Origin: Caecitellus pseudoparvulus
Lineage: Eukaryota > Protista > Bigyra: Bicosoecida
Direction of reading: 5' to 3'
NCBI GenBank assembly: GCA_965644315.1
Contig: CBFFRQ010000081.1
Span: 310,001 to 374,000 of the forward strand
DNA length: 64,000 bases
Of the stretch, positions 57,801 through 64,000 are shown piece after piece. Position 1 is the first letter of the stretch; every line of letters starts with the position of its first letter. Under the pieces are notes generated by a model. It made no database searches, was not told where the DNA came from, and saw only the letters and a program-made list of their open reading frames with translations. Made by a program: the position numbers and the translations under genes.

Positions 57801-60201
57801 GAGCTGCAGCCTCCTCCTCAGCTGCGCGCCGTGCTGCAGCCTCCTCCTCAGCTGCACGCCGTGCTGCAGCCTCCTCCTCAGCTGCACGCCGTGCTGCAGC
57901 CTCCTCCTCAGCTGCCTTCTGAGCTGCAGCCTCCTCCTCAGCTGCACGCCGTGCTGCAGCCTCCTCCTCAGCTGCACGTCGTGCTGCAGCCTCCTCCTCA
58001 GCTGCACGTCGTGCTGCAGCCTCCTCCTCAGCTGCACGCCGTGCTGCAGCCTCCTCCTCAGCTGCACGCCGTGCTGCAGCCTCCTCCTCAGCTGCACGCC
58101 GAGCTGCAGCCTCCTCCTCAGCTGCACGCCGAGCTGCAGCCTCCTCCTCAGCTGCACGCCGAGCTGCAGCCTCCTCCTCAGCTGCCTTCCGAGCTGCAGC
58201 CTCCTCCTCAGCTGCACGCCGAGCTGCAGCCTCCTCCTCAGCCGCCTTCTGAGCTACAGCCTCCTCCTCAGCTGCACGCCGAGCTGCAGCCTCCTCCTCA
58301 GCTGCACGCCGAGCTGCAGCCTCCTCCTCAGCTGCACGCCGAGCTGCAGCCTCCTCCTCAGCTGCACGCCGTGCTGCAGCCTCCTCCTCAGCCGCACGCC
58401 GAGCTGCAGCCTCCTCCTCAGCTGCACGCCGAGCTGCAGCCTCCTCCTCAGCTGCACGCCGTGCTGCAGCCTCCTCCTCAGCTGCACGCCGAGCTGCAGC
58501 CTCCTCCTCAGCTGCACGCCGTGCTGCAGCCTCCTCCTCAGCTGCACGCCGAGCTGCAGCCTCCTCCTCAGCCGCCTTCTGAGCTACAGCCTCCTCCTCA
58601 GCTGCACGCCGTGCTGCAGCCTCCTCCCGTTTGCGGGCAGCTTTTCGGCGCCACAAACGTCCCAGCCCTGTGCCAGCAGTGCTTTGCGCGAGGGTGGGGA
58701 GGTTCTCTTGCCACTGCTTGCAAGTTGCCATGGGCCACTGGCAGATCCGCACGATGCACCCCCGCTTGCCACCAGCCTTAGGGTCCGTGTGCAGCACAAA
58801 CAGAGCATCAGGGGCAGCGAGCAGGGGTGAGCAGGGGTGAAACCCCCCCACCGTCACATGCCGAGGGCGGGGTCCACGCACGGCGGGGGCGATGGCAAGC
58901 CCTGCAATGGGAGCGTAGTCAACGTGCCACGCCAGCACACCGCCGTCGGATCGGGCGTCGAAGTCCTGGGGCGAGTCCACAGCCAGCAGACTGAGGCCTT
59001 TGGCTGAGGGGGTGGCGACGACAGTGCCCAGTAACAGGCGCCCAGCCCCTGGCACACCTGGTACAAGGAGCTGTGAGTCAGACCCTGGCTCGGCACCCTC
59101 TGCAGCTGCCGCAGCTGCCGCTGAGACATCTGACGCCACAGGCTCCACATCATCCGGTGCCTTGACAGCTGTGAGGAGGTGCAGCGTGGCCACTGACGGC
59201 TTGCCCTTGCACCGGGACTTACTTAGGGGTGCGGAGTTGCCGACAAAGGGCGTGGGGGGGGCTGTCGCGGAGTACTTGAGGGTGTGCTGCACGGCACCTG
59301 AGGCGATGTCTGCCACCCACACACGGCGGCTGGGCCGTGCAGCGAGCAGGCCCGGAGGTTGCTGTGGCGGTTTGGCGAAGGTCGCGCCCTGGGGCCCATC
59401 GCGGGGCTTGGAGCCCACCTTGTGCCATGCCCAGGCAGCAGTCCAAGTAGAGGAGGAGGTGAGGGCGTATGGCAGTGCGAGGCGCTCCACATTGGGCGTG
59501 TGAGTCGTGGACGGCGGCGCCACCACGGCCGTGTGGGTGGTTGTTGAGGTGGCCACTGCCACTGCTGCCACCACGCCGCGTGTGGGCTGCTCGGAAGAGG
59601 CAGCCGCAACTGAGGCTCGTCGCACTGGACGCAGGAGGAGGGATGCTGAAATTTGGTTGACAGGGGAGGCGAAGGAGCCCACTTCGTGGGACTTCCATCC
59701 GCTCTTGGAGGAGTGGAACGTCAGGCTGACTCTGCCCTGCGAGTCACCAGAGAGAAACGCAGCTGTGCCCGGTATCCACTGGATTGCGGTGATGTCAGAT
59801 GAGTGCAGGGTGTGTGACATTTGGCACTCGCCGGCTCCTGTCGCGCTGGGCAGGCTGTGCACTGCAATCGCTCCATCTGCAGAGCCAGCAGCCAGCAGCA
59901 GCTGCTCCTCGTGCAAAGCTAGGGCACGCAGAGCCTTTCGTGCCGTGCTAATGACAGTGATCCCGAGCAGCTGCAGGGCACTCTCGGCATCTGGAAGGAA
60001 ATCCTGCCGCTTGTACACGTAAGCAGAGCCGACCTCGGTGCTGCGCAGGAATCAGGCGCTGCGTGCTGCACTGCACTTGCAGTGGCAAGCTCCGTGGCGA
60101 AGGACTTACCCTACACACAGGTGTGTGCTGCAGGCAGCAATGCTGCATGCAACTGTGCGTCCCAGGGAGATGCCCAGGTCTTCGGTGCAGAGAGGTTCCA
60201 T
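54859..60201 (-). CDS. HPS5/TECPR2-like beta-propeller protein with a very long EEEAAARRAA repeat
   Basis: First exon MEPLC...SIAACSTHLCVG|TEVGSAYVY; LLLAAGSADGAI; FLSGDSQGRV; VGSKPRDGPQGATF...AARPSRRVWVAD..G.VQHT resembles the HPS5/TECPR2 propeller. Main ORF is 1719 aa. Confidence 0.75.
56722..58628 (-). repeat. 30-bp coding minisatellite, about 63 copies
   Basis: Plus-strand unit ctcctcctcagctgcacgccgagctgcagc with a few recurring variants (gtgctg, gccgccttctgagcta, gctgccttct/cc). No indels visible. Confidence 0.98.
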
Positions 60202-60359
60202 GTCCCTGGAGCGTACCTTCTCCGCGTGGTGTTTCGCATGAAACGCCAAGGCGCACGCCGGGCAGGCCGCACAGCGCAGGACAGAGCGAGAAGCATGGAA
60301 TCAGATTCCTCGCAAAGGAATGGATCGCAACACGTATTAATTTTGCACTGCAGTGCGTT

Positions 60360-61522
60360 TTACTCCAAGATCACCACCTCGTCATCCTCTGCACTCGGAG
60401 CTGGCCCAGCGCTGCTCATCCCAACACAACCTCCACCCGCTCCTGCCGCAGCAGCTGGCTCAGACGTGCGGCGTTTCGACGATGCACCGGCAGCCATCCC
60501 CTCTCTGGGTCTCTTCTCCCCCCTCTTCATCGCTGCAGCCGCACCTGACGGCCTCGCAGCAGCTTTCCGTGTGAAGAAGGCAGCGATGTTGGAGCCGCCT
60601 GCTGCTTTCGCCTTGGCGGCGGCATCGAACTCAGCGGCTGCATCAGTGCCCTGAAAACTGGCCTTGTTAACCTGTGGGTGTACAGGGTGCCATGCTACGG
60701 TTTGGAGCATGTCTGGTTGGAAGGCGCCCGACACAGCCGTGTCAGAGGCCTGGGCGAGGTGGGCGAGGCTGGGGTACTGAGCTGTGTCCAGCCACGCTGC
60801 CACGGCGCCAGGGGTGGTGAGGATCACAGGTTGGCGATCGTGCAGCCATGCCAACTTGCTGCCTGAGTCCGTTGTGAGCAGTGTGTACGTGTACAGAGGG
60901 GGCGAGCCTTCACCCCCTTGCCACACATCAAACAGGCCAGCCACGAGGAAGGGGGAGGACGGCGAGCCACTGTGTACGTAATACGGCTGCTTGCACCGCT
61001 TGGAGCCCATGAGCGCGGCTTCATTGGTCCATTCGTAGAACCCCGAGATGGGCACGACACACCTGCGGCGTGCGATGAGGCTGGAAAAAGCCCGCTTCGA
61101 GCTGATGGTTTCACACCGCGCGTTGAACATCCGAAAAAAGTCATGAGACTTGTCCCCTTCAAGAGATGCCGTCCAGGAAGGCACAAGCCCCCAGCGCATG
61201 TTCTGAAGGTGGCCGCGTGGGCGAGGCGAGTCGGACCCAGAGACTACATGCGGCAGCTTGCAGCACTGAGGGGGCGGGCTCAAGGCTCACCTGGACACGG
61301 CGCTTGCCTGAGTCATCCTGAAAAATCACGGGCGTGGCCTTGCCCGGGGAGACATTCTCCAAAGGCCTGAAGTCTTTCATGTCCTTCCAGTCCTCCTGCT
61401 TGGTCTGCGCTGCCTCCAACACTGCTTCAGGCCTCATGGCAACTCTGCACAAACATGGGAGTTTCATGAAACGCCAGGCAGCCAAAATCTGCACAGACCA
61501 CGAACCTGGTCCTCCCACACAT
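60360..61522 (-). CDS. HMCES: SRAP-domain abasic-site protein HMCES/YedK
   Basis: N-terminal MCGR (catalytic Cys2), NVSPG, MRWGLVPSW, FNARCET, RRCVVPISGFYEW, KQPYY, AGLFDVW, YTLLT, LHDRQPVIL. Two introns. Confidence 0.96.
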
Positions 61523-61652
61523 TGTGTGTGTGCTCAAGGTAGTACACACAAGACTACAACCCTTCAAGCCGCCACCATCCAGTCGAATCCCTGTTCTTCC
61601 CTGTTCCACAATGTGCGTGGGTTTTGGCGAGGAGAAGCATGTGCGAGACTGG

Positions 61653-62539
61653 TCAATCCCAAACCTGAGTGTACGCAGAGGGCGCCAGCGCCCACTTCTC
61701 GCCGTACACGTGTAGAGCTTGAGTGTCAGAGCCATCTTCCTTCACCAGGCGCCCACCAGCGTGCGTCCAGAGGATGAGAGACCCCGCCAAGTTCACCACT
61801 TGCACGTGGGGAAACTTGGTGGCCCACTCCGAGGCGATCAAGCCACTGCGGGCACCAACGGTGCAGTAGCACACAACTAAAGGTTGCTGGCTACCCTTTC
61901 CAGTCAGAGGTGTGTCTGTCACCCCAGTGGATGGGGAAGACGTGCTGCCCTGTCTTGCTGCGTTGCCAAGCTCGCCAACTTTGGCGCAAGGCTGTGCTGG
62001 AGCCCTCAGCTGCACTCCCTCGGGGATTACAATGGATCCTATGTCAACATTCCCAGACTCTGCCTGCGCTGCACAGGCTTCACCGGCACGAGCATCGCTT
62101 GGTGGTTCATGGCGTGCTTGGGTGTGTGACTTCATCAACACCTGCTCCGCAAGGTCTTGAGGCACTGCACCTGGCAAGATGGACACCTCACGCTCATGTG
62201 GTTGCCTGCAGTCCACCAGCACAATTTGTCGGCCTTGGGCTTGCGCGTCGAATGCATCTGAGTCGGCGCCGCGATTGAATTCGGGCGAGTACGAAACGCA
62301 CATTGTGGCCCCCACCCACGCACCTTGGGGAAAGATATCAATAGATGACATGAAGGCCCACTTGTAGCGGTTGAACATCGTGGCGAGCGTGGCCACCTTG
62401 CTCTCTTCTGCCGGATACAGAGTGGTCCAACCTGGCGGTGCTTTGCTGTGAGGGAGCAGATGAAGACACGTGACCTACACGCGGGGTCACGTGGGTGGCA
62501 ACTCGCAGTGTGAGGATCACACCTTGATGTAGTGCCCAT
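61653..62539 (-). CDS. Rhodanese-like domain protein
   Basis: IVLVDCRQPHEREVSILPGAV...VVCYCTVGARSG...VVNLAGSLILWTHAGGRLV...LHVYGEKW. Probable first exon MGTTS with one intron. Confidence 0.85.
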
Positions 62540-62837
62540 CGTGGCAACACTTTTACGCCTGTCCTGTCCGCACTAGCCCAGCCTCAGCACCAGCCTCAGC
62601 TGACCAGGGCTGACTTGCGTCCCAGCGCCCCCCGACCGCCCCAGCGAACAGGTAAGGCAGGTGAACAAACCAGTTGCAAGATGAATGTCCAGCTTGTGGA
62701 TCAGTTTCCTGCATCTGATTCTGATTGTTTATTGTGTTGCCAGTGCGCTTTGTGTGACGTTGCAGCCTGAAACGCCAAGCAGCGAAACTCTGCTGAGCGC
62801 ACCGCCCAAGCGTGGGCCCGTTGATCTGCAGCGCGCC

Positions 62838-64000
62838 ATGGCAGCTGAGGAGCCTGCCTCTTCAACACCAAAGGTGCCAACGTTGCGATGTGTGCGCTGC
62901 ATTCCGATCGCAAGTGCCACCACGCCGCTGCCGCAGACGGTGGATGGAGATGAGCAGGCGCCAGTGGCCGGCATCACTTACGTCGAGCGCAGTTTGGGGG
63001 GCTGGAACTTCCTGGGGTGCGCACCCGCCTTGGCTTTGCGCATGCCCACACATGACACACTCCGCTCCTTCCACACTTTGTGCACAGGGACGACAGCAGC
63101 GCTCGAGCGGCCCAGGCAGCCTCCAGGCCAGTGTGGGTTCGAGCGGGACGGAAAGGCTCCATCGGCGCGCTGGGCATGTCCCACACCGCCTCCCAGCGCC
63201 AGCAAGTCAACACACGGCAGCGCAGGCGCCGCACAGGCTCCGGCTTCGTCGTCTTTGCGCCCAGCAGCCCAAACACACCGGCCGTAGCCCGAGCCCTGCA
63301 GCCATGGCGGGCTGCCGCCACAGCCATGCTGCTCATGGCAGCAGTGACATCCATTGTGGCCCTGGCCGAGACGGGGCATGCAGTTGCGACGGGGGCTGCC
63401 TTGCAAGCTGCTGCCAGCCAGCCAGCTCCGCTGCTGCCGCCAGACGCCTCTGCTGGCGTGCCACCCACTGCAGCTCGAGCGTTGTACCCTGTATTGTGGC
63501 GGGCGACGACTCCCGTGGCTGAGAATGCGTGGGTGCGGTGGTGGTGGCAGTGGGGCGCCCCAGCGGCAGAACGACAGGCTGCAGGCGTTTCCGTTGACTC
63601 GGCCCTGCAGTACGCTCAGTACGAGGCAGGTGATGCCAGCTGGAGTTGGTGCGTGGGCATCAGCTCCCTGCTGCTGTACTCAGCATGTGGAGTGGCCTTG
63701 TATCTCAAGCATGCTCGTGGCCTGTCCGTGTGCTCTGCTGCTTTGCTTGTCCTGTTCATCGTGGTGTGTGCGTTTCCGCCCCGGGGACCTTGGGGGCTTG
63801 TCGCCGGCATCAACAATGCTGGCAGCTTCCTGTGCTGTGCAAGCGCTGCGTCACTGCTGGGTCCAGCTTTCTTCAAGGTTGGCCGACGGTCCATGTTTAG
63901 CTTGATGTAGACATCAAAGTCGAGTCAACCTGTGCGGGGCATGGTCTGCGGGGGGGTGGGGGGGGGGCACTGGTGAAGGGCCTGCACACAAGGTGCACCT
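62838..64000 (+). CDS. Uncharacterised multi-pass membrane protein (3' truncated, spliced)
   Basis: GCCATG start, GT-AG-bounded exons and several hydrophobic segments in ORF 63080..63910. Probable donor AAG|GTTGGC near 63878. No recognisable family. Confidence 0.5.

Noticed and set aside
56722-58628. Possible CRISPR-like array
   Set aside because: Head-to-tail repeats with no unique spacers, inside a eukaryotic CDS, and no cas genes.
56709-58781. 690-aa plus-strand ORF (LHAELQPPPQ)n and minus-strand (QLRRRLQLGV)n ORFs
   Set aside because: Shadow frames of the 30-bp repeat. Only the EEEAAARRAA frame is continuous with domain-bearing flanks.
12578-61522. Functional clustering (cytoskeleton/flagellum, splicing, DNA repair, trafficking genes)
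   Set aside because: The genes are interspersed with unrelated ones, consistent with ordinary gene order in a compact genome.
3483-62621. ACGCAAG as a promoter motif
   Set aside because: It occurs in several upstream regions but about as often inside CDSs and introns.
1-64000. Alternative genetic code or stop-codon reassignment
   Set aside because: TGA, TAG and TAA all end conserved proteins at the expected positions, and ORF breaks are explained by introns.

Overview
A gene-dense, GC-rich eukaryotic nuclear window. It holds about 26 protein-coding genes interrupted by short (mostly 60-80 nt) GT-AG introns and uses the standard genetic code. PF20/SPAG16 points to a flagellated protist; a stramenopile-like heterotrophic flagellate is only a tentative guess. 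Most genes are conserved housekeeping genes: GSK3, PRP19, phosducin-like, PDH E2, SPAG16, RRP41, FANCM, two VPS26-family genes, LMF, ATAT1, CWC25, HOL/TPMT methyltransferase, Rab8, HMCES and a rhodanese. I found no RNA genes, transposases or CRISPR arrays. The main unexplained signal is a hexamer, AATGCA, found shortly after the stop codon in 15 of 25 genes with a visible 3' end (AGTGCA in 3 more). Between convergent genes it occurs as a palindrome usable by both strands, so it is a candidate non-canonical polyadenylation signal. Other notable items are a helical domain + pseudokinase-like + ankyrin-repeat gene, an HPS5/TECPR2-like propeller followed by about 63 copies of EEEAAARRAA, a giant secreted EGF/Calx-beta/PA14/filamin protein, a fungal-type Zn2Cys6 factor and a FANCM with a ZZ finger. 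Exon boundaries and family calls were made by eye from motifs; no searches were run.
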